A stretch of 63,353 nt of DNA, counting the filler, from Choristocarpus tenellus KU-1152 (lineage: Eukaryota > Protista > Phaeophyceae), in assembly GCA_964200185.2 (NCBI GenBank). It is 11 parts of 11 records of this genome, joined end to end, with 100 filler letters (N's around TTAATTAATTAA, not from the genome) between each part and the next. Parts side by side here need not be neighbours in the genome. Positions count along the whole stretch, not along the records: positions 32,635 to 41,122 come from CAXNAD020004657.1; positions 41,223 to 48,772 come from CAXNAD020005979.1; positions 48,873 to 56,160 come from CAXNAD020006402.1; 8 more parts are not named here. One strand, given 5' to 3'. A model generated the notes under the pieces. The model worked only from the letters and a program-made list of their open reading frames with translations, did no database searches and was not told where the DNA came from. Position 1 is the first letter of the stretch, and the number at the start of each line of letters is the position of its first letter. Both the position numbers and the translations under genes were made by a program. Below, one piece after another: positions 39,637 to 52,378 of the stretch.

Positions 39637-40907
39637 TTTGAATGTGTTTATGGGATACCTTCATTATCCATGTCCATGCCCTCCACTGTCACTTCCATCA
39701 TGGCGTTTTCTGCTTCCATTTGCTCAATTATCCAGGCAATGGCCTCGCGCTCATTCATTATTGCATCTGGCTTATCTATTAGAGGCACAGGGTAACATGG
39801 CTGAGGTATGTACTCAATCCACTATCAAAGTGTTCTGTTAAGTTGTTACCATTCTAGCGCACTGCTGCACTCTTGGGGACTGTGAGCATTTCGTATTTTG
39901 AGATATGACTGCCCAAATTCCTAGAGTGGTTCACTTCATATTATATGAAAAGGAATAATAATAGCTCGCTTCCTACCAACTGTAATACCCTAAAAATCGA
40001 ACATATGGCGGTAGAATGATTTTTTTCTTTCCCGTCTCCCCCCAAAAATGAAAAATTTCATACAAGCATTCTTTAAGCTCATCATGTAAACTTCATGTTG
40101 AGAATGAACTATTGAAGAACATGCAAACCCCCTCCTATCCTTCGACTAGATGTGCCAATGTCACAAACAACCCCAAGCAGAAAGGGACATGTGCCCCCTG
40201 AAATTCGAATATTTGGCCTCTGGTGATGCCCTTTGACAACTGGGGGGCAGCCTTGTATTCAAGCACTGGGATTTCGTGTTGCTCACATGGATAAGTTCTC
40301 TGTGTTCACTAAAGCACCAAGACCCGATTGATTAATCACGATGGGCTGGCCATTTATTCAACCAATTTTAATCTTTTCAAGCTACACTAGGCTAACGAGT
40401 TCACTGATAGTGCTACCCCAAAAGGCACAAGAGATAATAGTCCAAAGACAGGATTGGACCTATTTCAGGGGTTTGAAGATTGACAGAGTTGGACAATGAT
40501 AATATTGATAGAAAAAGATGGTGGACCTCCTGTCTGTCCCTGTTTGTTTCGGTATCTTCCCACGGGGTGTTGAGGGCTGATCAACCAGCACCACATGTCT
40601 ACATTAAAGCGTACCATATATGACAAGCTAGCACCAATTGACATTTAGTCCATATCCTAATGTTGGATTACTCAGGTCTCAGCTTCTTTTGACAAGTGAA
40701 TGATACATGTGCACGGCAACCACTGCATGGTGGCTGCATACATGTAGCCCCCAAAGTACACAGCCACATGAGTAATCAAGCAGCAGACTTCAAAGTTTGA
40801 ACTTGATGCAGTGGTGGCTCAAAGCTGTGGGATCCTATTTGTACAAGAAAGTGAGCCTTTTTTTTGTGACATCTAATGTCCAGCGCTCAGAGTTATCTTG
40901 ATCATTT

Positions 40908-41122
40908 GAGTGAAAGTATCTCAGAGGGTACTAGTTTTGTTCTGTTTGTCCATTTGGGGCTTGGCTTCCCATGGGATTTTTATGACAATTTAACTACTCC
41001 GAAACATTTTAGAGTAGGTAAATGTATACGTTATGAAAAGGTGTGTCCGAAAAAAGGATATTGACACTTCCTAACAAACACAATAGCCAAAATTACATCA
41101 AAATCGCAACATTGGATTTTGG
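40908..41122 (+). mobile_element. MITE family A copy, cut by contig end
   Basis: Begins GAGTGAAAGTATCTCAGAGGGTA and aligns with the other copies. Confidence 0.85.
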
Positions 41123-41258
41123 NNNNNNNNNNNNNNNNNNNNNNNNNNNNNNNNNNNNNNNNNNNNTTAATTAATTAANNNNNNNNNNNNNNNNNNNNNN
41201 NNNNNNNNNNNNNNNNNNNNNNCCCACACCTCCCCACCCCACTCCACCCCCCGCTGAT

Positions 41259-41323
<65 letters not shown>

Positions 41324-41561
41324 GGGGAGGGGTCACAAAGCGAAATAAAACGGATTGAAAGGCTACATACAGGAGGTGCTGCAGGATACACACACTTGGG
41401 GACGAGATCCGAGGCGAGAGCCCCAGCAGAGTTTGAAGGTGGAGGTAAAAAGAAAAAGAGTCAACGGCAACATGACATCTGAGACAGGATGAGTTATGGT
41501 AGACTCCTCTATCTACCAGCAGTCTTCGTTGGAAAGTTTACTTATTACACACCACGCTGAC

Positions 41562-44500
41562 CTTCTCAGGTTGACAATGCTCAGGCGCCAGCGAATTTCC
41601 TCAAGTTCCAACCCGTAGCTGATCTCGCACCCGGGGTCCTGCCGAGACAAAGGAAAGGGGGTCGGGTGAGAGGAGAGGGGAAGATTTTTTTTTTTTTAAG
41701 TGCAGCTTTCAGACGTCATCGGAAAACACCTACGGCGCCGGCTGAGACGAGGGGGTTGTGACAATAGAGCACACTCACAACGATTACCTTCACTGCAATA
41801 TACAACCGAGAGAGAGAGAGAGGGGAGGAGTACAAGCGCACGAAATGCACAAAAAATATAAATCGGTAACTAAGAACGCCTTACATTTTTTTACAACTTG
41901 GCCTGACCAAGAAGGCCAAAAAAAAAATATATATATATATATATATGTTTGACTCAACGACGCAATCTACACTGAGAAAAAAAGGCACACCTCAAGGTGT
42001 TCTAAGGGAGGCTATCTGGAATAGGCTTCCCCTGTACAGACCTGAGCCACGTGGAGGTTCGGCTTGCCAAGACCCGATCCAACATCAATGAAACTGCACT
42101 TTTCATTAAAGCCGCAATGCTCCTGACAAGCACACAAAAAACAAAAACAAAAACATTCACACAGAGTAAGATCACTAGGGTTGAACGAAAAACACCCAAC
42201 GTAAGTAAAATAGAACGTTTGGAATGAACTGGGCGGGGGGGGCGTAAGGACTCCAAGGCTTTTCAAATTTGCTGTAGAAAAGTCTGTCCCAAACAAGGAG
42301 TGACAATAGCATTGTAGAAATATATATATTTTTTCTTCTCTGCAAAGTGCTCTTGTCGAAATTGCAGAGGTGAAAATGAGGAGCTTCACAAAGGCGAACT
42401 AAGCTGCCGTACTTTGGTAAAGTGTATGACGAGAACCCTTGGTAATACCAATACATTCTGCCGTAGGCTGGTGTGTCCTTAATCAGGGAGTAGGCAGGCA
42501 GGCAGGCAGGTCTCAGTTTTCAGAAAAAAAATTGAGAAAAAACAGAGTTCTGGTACTGGTATCAGATGCTAACCTCTCCAATTGCTCTGTGACTCACAAC
42601 CCGAGTCAACAAATACCTACCCTCTGTTTTTCTCTTCATTGAGAACATGCGTAACCTTTGGGCTGACTCACCTGTGGAGTCAATCAACCAAAAGGGTTAG
42701 CTACAAAGTCCATCGTCAACCACCATAACAAATGCTCTCAAAGAAAGGGCACACCAGGAAATCTGTTCTGGTAAGAAAATGAAAATACGTACGTTCATAA
42801 TATAATTCTAGCTCCGATGTTCACACCGTGCATCACGTACACCTATGAATAAATCACCTTCATAATGTTTACCACCTTCTGCATACAGCCCACCGTCAAC
42901 TCTCCATAGATGGCCCCATGGTTCCCTTCATAGAGACACAATCACAAAAGTATACCCATCACGTGTCAACAAAGAGCAGCAACAAATCATGTGAGAAGGA
43001 GGCAGGGGTGTGGGGGGTGTGTGGGGGGGAAAGCATTGGAAAAGGACAATGACCAGAAGTATAGGGGGATAGGGCGAGAGCTCACAAATACAAGCCAGTA
43101 TCTTTGACTATTGGTCATGATGAATTACATCGATGGAGATGGATCATTCCATCTATGCATAATCATAATGTCATCCCAACTTCACCCAGACTCCGTCAGC
43201 ATTTTTCATCCATTGTTGGGGCAGGCAGATTTGACAGGGAATGCACTTTGAAAAAAATAAATAAACGATCGCAGCGCTTGAGGGATGCCTGAAACAAATG
43301 CAACACAGGACTGAATAGAAAACGTCGCAGAGGACGTCGTCACAGTCGGTGCAACTTAAGTCAAGGTACTTCCTCTTGATCATTCAAAGAGTCGACACAC
43401 CTAGAACTGTACAAAAAGCCCCTTAAAGATACAAATTTTATCCTGTTGCCCCTACCTTTGTACCGCCTGCCTCACTATCATTGAGCATGCAAACACGTCC
43501 CCATTCACAGGCTCACCATTGCCCCCGACTGTTCCTGTGGCCTTGTTGACCAGCCGGTACACGTGGCTGACCTGTGGTGGAACATGAACCCTGTCCCTCA
43601 TCAGCATTGGTGATCCAAAGCAATTCCGCCCCTTTGTCTTCTTTGAGGACTGAGCAAAAAAAGAGAGAAAGGAAACAAGTAAACGCAGACAAGAACGCAA
43701 TGTACACGTGAACAGAAGGCAACACAAAAAAAAACAGGGGAAAAAAAAAAAGTCACTCAAGGGCAATGCAGGAATATGAGTGCAGGAGATAGGCTGAGGG
43801 AACTTTGGGATGGTGACATTAACAAGGCCTGCTTGCTTTTTTTTTCACGCTTTTTCTCACTGTAAAGTTCAACGTTCCTCACTCCCTTTGTTAAATATGG
43901 AGGACCTACAAGTGGCGGTGATGCAGGTTAAGAACGCAAAAGCACAAGAACATCTCTCTGAGCAACAAGTGCCTTGAAAGTACTCCCCCCATTAGCTACT
44001 CTGAAATCCCAGTCTTCAATTTAGTAGCTGGGAGTTGACCAAAAAACATTGTTGGGACTGGTTAAGGTCAGGGTGGTTTAGCATCGTTCTATTCCACGCT
44101 CTTCCTGTTCAGAAGTCTAGCATATGGATGGAGTGGCCAGAGGGGAGGGGGAAGGAAGTTTCCACTCTTCTTGAAGTAGAACAAACAAGGTGACGAAGCT
44201 GCATGACAACCGAGTTTTGTGGAAAGATAGAGAAGAAATTGTGGAAAAACTAAAAGGTGCTTTTGAAGATAGATACGCAAAACATCTCACCAATTCTGCC
44301 AGTCGTGAAGGGGCTCTAGTCTTGTCCTTCGCTGGAGTAATGCTGGTGGCTGTACGGGGTGCAACCGCAGTACTACTTGTAGGTGTTGCTGCCCTTATTG
44401 ACACCGTCTCTCGACCACGGCGAGGAGTAGCAGGTGCGGCCATGGCGTCCGTTGGAGCAGCGACGATCTCTTTAACCTCGGTCGTCACCTTCGGGTTAAG

Positions 44501-44951
44501 CAGAGAATCCTCCACCGGAACAGGTCTCGATCGGGTCTTGGTCGGCGCTGAAGGGCAAGAAGGAATGATTGGAAGGAGGAAGGGCGTTATAGCAATTGAG
44601 TATGGACACCAATATAAGGAAGGTGTCACGAAATCGTTGCATGGTATGGAACATAGAGTGTACTTGAAATATCGAACCTACCGACTGCACGACCCGCCAA
44701 ACATCCACTAGACACTCACACGTGAGAGCAACAGGTGTAACATCCTCCACCCTGCTTTCTGCATTGATGTGTTCACGTTCCTTCAGCTTCCCAGAGGATG
44801 AAGGCTTGCGGGGTGGCTCGAGAGTGTCTACCTTCGACACACTCTTCTTCTGCGCGCCTTTCTTGCCTTGAAGCTTCCCAGCGGCTGGCGCTGGTTCATG
44901 CTCTGCACCAGCATCTCTCCTTGAGCGGGTGGACCTGAAATACCTGTCCAT
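41562..44951 (-). CDS. DOT1: DOT1-like histone H3K79 methyltransferase, 5' part, cut by contig end
   Basis: Phase-consistent exons 44951-44720, 44547-44291, 43649-43517, 42925-42858, 42122-42042, 41638-41562 give AIYGELTVG, FIDVGSGLGKPNLHVA and SYGLELEEIR (DOT1 YGE motif, SAM motif I, post-I), after a basic low-complexity N-terminus. Confidence 0.8.
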
Positions 44952-45462
44952 CTTGATCTCCTGAGCGAATAAAGCTTGATTCGAAGGAGGGGTACCTTAA
45001 TTAACATCAACTTGGTTAGCGCAGTGAGGCATATACCTCTCATTCTACAACGAACAGTCACACAACGCTATCAAACACAATTCCTGCCATCCCCACAGAC
45101 ATCCACCATGCACGGAAGTTAACATACCCGCAACATTAGTTGAACACGGCATACAAACGGTCCATCACCCGAGCTCATCGGCGGACAGCGCCTATTAGGA
45201 TCCATGCTATGATACGAAATAGGACATTGGACAACCGTTGGTATACTGCCAAATATGCGTGCTTTCACACCGTTCCACTGCTAAGAGGACCCACCTCGTC
45301 TACTTTGGAACGAGCACGGAGATAATCTCTCCTTTGTATCTCAGGCTTGGGCTTCTGAAATCTGCTCCTCTATCCTTGCAATGTGGTATGGTTGTGTTAG
45401 CACACTCCCTTTCCCCAATCCCAACGGTCAATCCGTATAAGTATACGGGCACTATATATAAG

Positions 45463-45478
45463 CCCTAACCCTAACCCT
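45463..45478 (+). promoter_or_regulatory. CCCTAA telomere-type motif in divergent promoter, about 60 bp upstream of the Zim17 ATG
   Basis: CCCTAACCCTAACCCT directly after TATATAAG. Function not shown. Confidence 0.3.
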
Positions 45479-45536
45479 GGACATCAAGGGTATATCCCAC
45501 ACAACTGTAGTCACAACACTTTTTTATTTGACTAGA

Positions 45537-48304
45537 ATGGCGTGGCGAGGGGTTCTAGGACTGAGCCGCAAGGGGCTCGCCTTGCCTTTTCGGGATGCGA
45601 TCAATCACTTGACTTGCGTAAGGGCTGTCACAAACTCCCTTGGGGGGGGTACAAGTCAGAGTTTGGCGTCACGACAAACGTTGGCAAGGTGTATGGTCGA
45701 ACGGGGGTTGAGCAGCGAACGATATGATGGATCGGGGAAGAAGGGGGATGGAAAACTTCATGTTCATGTATCTCACGTGGAAGCTGGTGAAGGTGGTGCT
45801 GAATACGCTAAAGAGCGGTCTGTCAAGCCTGATTTGAGAAGAGACCACAGAGGACTACCCACTAAGGAAAAGGAAACAGTGGTTAGGTTCCTGGATGTTC
45901 CTGGTTCGGACCAGTCTCCAGGAGAGAAAATGACCATCGTTTACACGTGCAAGGTTGGTGCTATAACTAATCTGCCTGAAGGTTGGTTAGCGCTCTCCTC
46001 GTCCACTATTCATTTCAGCGGAAGCTGGCGACAGAGTAGACACATACAGTGAACGAGTACAGGATGACATATTCTGTTGAGTATTTTCTTAAGCTGCAAG
46101 AGGGCTTGCCAATATTTGGGTAGGTGTCCTATCATTGAGGAGAGAACCGAGTGCTCTCGAGAGACTGTACCGTCCTGTAGCCCCTCTCCTCACATCATTG
46201 ACTGTAGTGACATGTAGATGGTGCTCCGAGAGATTTGAAGAATGGGAATGGAACATTCACAACAGCAATTCCCCTTTACCAATTACAATATCTCTTTCGA
46301 TATCTTGTCGTGATTGATCTCGATAGCCCAATGCAGCTAATATTGACGAAGGGAGAGCACTAGCAAGGGGAGAGGTCCACAACCCCGACTTAGTTCATGA
46401 TGTTCGGACTGCAGCGCATTGTTTGAAGATTCGGAATTCATGAAGATTAACTAACTAGTGTATCGCATATGCTTTTGCTGGGAGGGGGATTGGAATCCAT
46501 TAGTCTCTGGTCAAACCCTAACCTCGAAATGTAGAGTGATACTAGCGGATCTAGTGCAGTGAGCACTTTACAAGCAAGAGTAACCTACCTCGAACGCAAG
46601 CTCTGTGAGGAACATCAGTTGGTGTTCCTTGCTGCAACAAGAATCATGTGGGGGAATAGATGGTTAGATGTCATCTGCACCCCCTCTCTTCAGGGCACCC
46701 ACCCCTGTGCAAGAACTCCATTGCACGATCAAGATAGCCTCGTACTTCATGCCAGCAAACCAGCCCCTCAAGGAGTATTGTCATTGAGCAGAGTCAACAG
46801 TACACTAGTAGCAAATATATATTCTATGACTGGGAAATTCCATCCTCTCCCCCATTGTCATCCCCCTGGCCCCACTTGAAATATCAACATAACAAGGAAT
46901 CTTTGTGATGTCATAGAACATAAAACCTGTAACTGCTACGTAACTTCCAATATACAGGGGATATGATGTAATCCACGTCAATGGGACCCATTTTACCTGC
47001 TGCATGCAAAATGTGTCACAATCCTCATATCTTATCTACGAAGTAGCTTACATTTCAAACCCTATGAAGCAGGTCTGTGAGACCAGGAGTGCTAAAAGTT
47101 TTTCAAAGCAGGCATACGAGAATGGAGTGGTCCTGGCTCGGTGTCCTGGTTGCTACAACAATCACCTGATTGCAGACAGGCTTGGGTATGTCATTATATG
47201 CTATTGTGTGACCAATTTTTTATACTAAAGCAATTCCAAATTCTTCCACAAATTTGGGAGGCTGTGTTGCCTTGTGCTTGTTAACCCCTATCTCATTTTA
47301 GTAGAGATATTTAGCTCAGCAGAAATAATATTTCCCTCTTTTATTTATTTCAAGTGCTTTCCTAGGCTGTTAGGTAGAGAGGTTCAGCAGACCAAAATGT
47401 GCTTCTAATGGCACCCAGAAATCATGTTATGGACCCGTTTTATCATATAATAATATTTCCTTTTATTTATTTCAAGTGCTTTCCTAGGCTGTTAGGTAGA
47501 GAGGTTCAGCAGACCAAAATGTGCTTCTAATGGCATCCAGAAATCATGTTCTGGACCCGTTTTATCATATATATTTTTTTATCTATGGTGTGGTCTGCTG
47601 GTTAAATAGGTAAGACAGAGTCTTACTGTGCTACCATGATAAGGATGCACAATCCAGGATCTGGTCATAAAATTTGTGGTCTTACTAGATTTTTTTTCCA
47701 GATATGTCAAGTCCATGTGCAGAAGAATCTACTTCTGTGGTATGACGTGTTCAACGAAGTGTATTATTGTTAACACGCTCAGCACAGTTGAAGAGGAAGT
47801 GAGAGTAGTACTACCATTTCCAAGTAGCGGTCAACAAGGCATCAAGAAACATTTTTCCCCAGTGAAGTTTGCATCCCATGCTACAATGTGGTGGAGAACA
47901 TTGAAATGAGTTAACTCTATGTGTGCATATATTTAGAATGTTGCTTTGAGGTACCTATGTTGGGCAGTTCTGGTAAAGGGATAATACCTGGAAGATAAAT
48001 AAGTGGCAGTAGCTCACACCCAATCTTTGTACTCATCTCTTGTAGTTGATGAGTTTTGTTTTGGTGTGCATATGCGTGTCTACCCCTTGCATGCCTGCTT
48101 TTTTGTGTTGATGTCATTGCCACTATGACCACCGGCAGTTGGTTTGAAGAGGCAGAAAATGGAGGGTGGGATTTGGAGAAGCTCTCTGAGAAAATTGGTG
48201 ACGTCAGCTGCCGTGTGGTCAACAAGGATGACATCTTGGAGCTGACAATGACTGACATTATGGGCAGCGAGAAGGGAGAACCAGAAGGTCAAGGACCCAG
48301 TTGA
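45537..48304 (+). CDS. DNLZ: DNL-type zinc finger protein (Zim17/Tim15/Hep1, mtHsp70 escort)
   Basis: Exons 45537-45953, 47073-47185, 48139-48304 give IVYTCK|[38 protein letters not shown]|WF, with an Arg-rich presequence. Confidence 0.95.
47325..47572 (+). repeat. About 123-bp tandem duplication in intron 2 of the Zim17 gene
   Basis: Two near-identical copies of TAATATTTCC..TTCAAGTGCTTTCCTAGG..GACCCGTTTTATCATATA. Confidence 0.9.
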
Positions 48305-48701
48305 GGATGAGGGTTTCAGAGTGTGTTACACTCTGATGAGGGTTTCTAAGGTACTACTTGCAGAACCCCATTGAGTGCTACGTGACGAGCTATTTACCCC
48401 TCCATGATGAGTTCTACAAACCCCTAATACTGCCTTGTAGTGTCTGTTTTTTGAATACTGTGGAGGGCACTTTCAGCTAGCAACGTTTTCACAACAAGTC
48501 TTCTTCTACAGCCACATTCCCTCTTGGAGGGAATCAACAGCATTCAGGCATGGACATGGTGTGTATTGCACGAGTCTCAAGAGACCTTGAAGCTCAAAGG
48601 GTCCAAAATTGATTCCCCTTTTACAGGTTTTGACTTCCTGGTCTCTTTTCCTTCGCGTGTATGTCAAGAGAGTGATATCGTAGTATGCCCTCCCCCCCCC
48701 C

Positions 48702-48745
<44 letters not shown>

Positions 48746-48872
48746 CACTCCCTCCCTCCCATCACCGCTCACNNNNNNNNNNNNNNNNNNNNNNNNNNNN
48801 NNNNNNNNNNNNNNNNTTAATTAATTAANNNNNNNNNNNNNNNNNNNNNNNNNNNNNNNNNNNNNNNNNNNN

Positions 48873-49310
48873 ACCCTGTATACGATGGGTGATACCTTAG
48901 AATGTACTTCATACGGACCCCTCCAAAGGTGGAGTAACTTCTAATTTGAACCATCAGTACTCTCATGTGATTATGGACTAGAATTTTATCACCAGGTACA
49001 AAAACTGGGAACACGAGACTTTGGTTGACACGCTCCTGGGTTTTTTTAAGTGTCCATGGAAATTACGACGTGTCAACTCAAATGCAAGCTGTGAATTATC
49101 TTTGGTTTGCTGAGTAAACTCTTCAGTAGTGACATCTGAATCAGCATTAGACGGACCAAGGATAATATCAACAGGTAAACGAACTCGTCTTCCAAACAGA
49201 AGGGAAAACGGAGTTTCATGCAACCTTTCGCTGAATGCTGTGTTATGGGTTAACCGTACAAAAGGCAGTAACGATACCCAGTTATCCTCAGCAACAGATA
49301 TATACGTTGC
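48873..49310 (-). mobile_element. Ty3/gypsy integrase C-terminal remnant
   Basis: DNWVSLLPFVRLTHNTAFSERLHETPFSLLFGRRVRLPVD, then frameshifted FVPGDKILV. Confidence 0.88.
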
Positions 49311-49376
49311 TAAGGTGGTACCAGTAGCTTTGCCCTCTGTGGCAATCTTGAATATTTTCACCATGCCCACACCAAA

Positions 49377-49635
49377 GAGCCAAAGTATCTTAGAGAGTAG
49401 AGCAGTGTCCATCTGGGGGTCAAAATCCAATGTTGTGATTTTGATGTAATTTTGGCCATTATGTTTGTTAGTAAATGTCAATATCCTTGTTCCAGACACA
49501 CCTTTTCATAATGTATACATTTTCCTACTCCAAAACATTTTTGGAGTAGGAAAATGTAATAAACAAACCCATGGGAAGTCAAGCACCAAAGGGACAAACA
49601 GGGCAAAACTCGTACCCTCTAAGATACTTTAACTC
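49377..49635 (-). mobile_element. MITE family A copy, inverted
   Basis: Reverse complement of the family A consensus. Flanks AAA/TTG do not form a TSD. Confidence 0.82.
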
Positions 49636-49734
49636 TTGGGACACATTTTCCCAAGGAAAACAAGGATATTTGTTGACCTATTTTGAGCCTAGTTGGAGTT
49701 GTATGTTCTTTATGAAAGTATATACTCTTATCTG

Positions 49735-49992
49735 GAGTGAAAGTATCTTAGAGGTTACGATTTTTGCCCTCTTTGTCCATTTGGGGCTTGGCTTCCCACA
49801 GGTGTTTTATGACACTTTCCTACTCCGATATGTTTCGTAGTAGGTAAAATGTGTACATTATGAAAAGGTGTGTCTGGAACAAGGATATTGACACTTCCTC
49901 ACAAACATGATAATCAAAATTACATCAAAATCGGAACATTGAATTTTGACCCCCAAATAAACACGGCTCTACCCTCTAAGATACTTTGACTC
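49735..49992 (+). mobile_element. MITE family A copy, TSD CTG
   Basis: CTG|GAGTGAAAGTATCTTAGAGG ... CCTCTAAGATACTTTGACTC|CTG. Confidence 0.88.
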
Positions 49993-50608
49993 CTGGTCAG
50001 ACATATATTGATCTTGACTGTGTCTTACGACTTTTGGGCATCGATTCTCAAAAGAATCGAGGAGATAGGTCAATCATTGTTGGAATCCACTGGTTAATTT
50101 GGAACTGGAGTCCCTATGATGGAAACAGCTGGCAGAGTCGGAACCGGAGCCCCTATGTCACCAAATGGCAATTAATACATGCTGATGCAGCACGATCCGA
50201 GGTGATGGACGATATTGTATGGTCCTGGCCCGTGATTATCGTCTGTGATAAGCGTGAAATATGTATTCCTAGTTCACGCTGGGGGGCATCTTACAGGCGA
50301 ATAGTGCGAGTATTTCTTCCCGCATTCCGACAAGCGCGAGCAGTATACACGCGTGGGGAACCTTACAAAGAGCAACTCCGATTTGCTAAAGGTTACAGAG
50401 TAAGATCTGTAGCTTGGAAATATTGCAACGGTTTTCAGGTGTGTCCCAACTTCTGTTAGCCAAACAAAACAAGTAAGAAACAGATGGCAATAAGAGAAAT
50501 AAAGAGCACTGCTTAATAAACAGACCTCCTAAGACACTTCTTTTGTTTGATACCATTTACACGCTGACATTGAAAGAATCCTGTCCTACTAACCTGCCGT
50601 GTGTCGGA

Positions 50609-50866
50609 GAGTGAAAGTATCTTAGAGGGTAGGAGTTTTGCCCTGGTTGTCCATTTGGGGCTTGGATTCCCACGGGTTTTTTATTACATTTTACCTACTC
50701 CAAAATGTTTTGGAGTAGGTAAAATGTGTATTTTATGACAAGGTGTGTCTGGAAGAAGGGTATTGACACTTCCCAACAAACATGATGGCCAAAATTACAT
50801 CAAACTTTCAGCATTGGATTTTGGCCACCAAACAGACGCGGCTCTACCCTCTAAATACTTTGACTC
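50609..50866 (+). mobile_element. MITE family A copy, TSD GGA
   Basis: GGA|GAGTGAAAGTATCTTAGAGGGTA ... TACCCTCTAAATACTTTGACTC|GGA. Confidence 0.88.
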
Positions 50867-50879
50867 GGACACCTAGATT

Positions 50880-51750
50880 GCTGAAGTATCCTGAGAGGCT
50901 TGCACGAGCATCAGTATCTTCTATAGGCTTGTGGATTGGAGGTATACATCCTTTGGGGGTAAGCTTCTGGAGCGTGCTTTAGCACTTCTCCTTTCACGCA
51001 AGCCATTAGTCTGGGGTCTTTGCCCGCATCAATGGAGAGATCAAAGTCATTCTCTTTACAAGCATCAACTGCTTTGTGGACAGGACATGTTTCGTCTATT
51101 ACCAAATGTAACGCAACTCTTGCTCTACGCACGTCTCCTTTCCCGTTTATGCATGGAATGGAGCTGTGTATTGCCCAGGACCTGTACCATTGTGGTTATG
51201 AGGACGTTGCTGTCCTTCATGTAACTACATGCATGCTGTGGCCTGTCGGGGACATGGAAGGTGCCCCACAAAGGTAACATCTTGAAACATGGTGCCTCTT
51301 TCTGCGGGATGATAGACAGTATCAACTCCTCCACATCATCATCATCGTCGCGTACCTGTGTATTGGATGGAAGATACGTACAGTAGAGTGGGGGCTGATG
51401 AAGATGAGTGCGGGAACAGAGGGTAATTACAGAGGATGAGAGTTCCTGCACTCAATGGAGTATGCTTCACATTGGTGGATAACAATCAGTGCATACTTCA
51501 GGGCGATGAAGGACATGTGTAGTCCCTGCAGTGGGGGCAGTGAACAAATACATCCAGACAAGTCATATTTGCTGTACTCATCGCAACATTCAAGTTGTAA
51601 CTTGCGGCCAAGGCCTTCAGGACTGAGCCAAAGTTGGTACCCTCCTGGTTCAATGGGTTGGAAACAGAGGATGGCATGTTGTGCTCTGGAAGTAGCGTCA
51701 GCCTGTTTAGCAGACTGACCCTTGCCCTGCTTTCCACAGGATCCTGCATC
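50880..51750 (-). pseudogene. Decayed XPG/FEN1/Exo1 (PIN-like) nuclease-related sequence
   Basis: Frameshifted pieces LHLVIDETCPVHK (compare p.fVFDG..P..K) and KHAPEAYPQ (compare vAPyEADAQ), with a Cys-rich CPHCRDYTC upstream. Confidence 0.35.
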
Positions 51751-52050
51751 AGAGAGAAGACAAAGACCCATAATCAGGAACTGTTGAGGAAGCATGTTAA
51801 ACCATTCCACACTGGACTATCTAACCTAACCCTAACCCTAAGTACCCCACTTTTTATCTCCATCAGTCGCCGCGCTTGAGGTTGCCTTCTTCTTCCCTTT
51901 CCTTGCCGAAGTCTTCTCCTTGCTGGTGGAAGTAGAAGTGGAAGTAGGGTTGGAAGTGGTCCCACTTCTCTGTGTATTGGATGTCTCGGTGTGGTCAGAC
52001 ACAATGTGAAAGTGTGTCAGCCCCCTTGAACACTCGGCGCGAGTACCGCG

Positions 52051-52378
52051 CTGTGGAAGTGTCAAGACACCAAAGCTCTCTGCAAAAGGGGGCAATCACA
52101 ATCACCAGACTGAAATCTTCCACCTCAGAGGGCGGGACCGAGTTTCACAGGTCTTGGAACAGCATCTCAAAGTTGAGGAAATCCAGAACAGGACAAAAAC
52201 CTTATTCAACAACATATGTCTTAGAATGACTGAGGAATGTCACAGCAGAGAAATGGATCGGTCCGGATCGGAATGGATCTTTGTTCGGACAGTCCTTCTG
52301 ACTGTTTGGTCAAATCTGGATCTTACAGATTTGTTTGGTTTTGTGGACTAGTCGATATGGGCAGTTCCAATGACGTGG
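52051..52378 (+). repeat. About 330-bp dispersed repeat; second, inverted copy at 58386-58722
   Basis: Shared blocks CACAATCACCAGACTGAA, TTCACAGGTCTTGG, GTCACAGCAGAGAAATGGATCG and GTTCCAATGAC. Confidence 0.85.

Noticed and set aside
48978-49499. 173-aa ORF as one protein
   Set aside because: Chimera of MITE, transposon end and gypsy integrase sequence.
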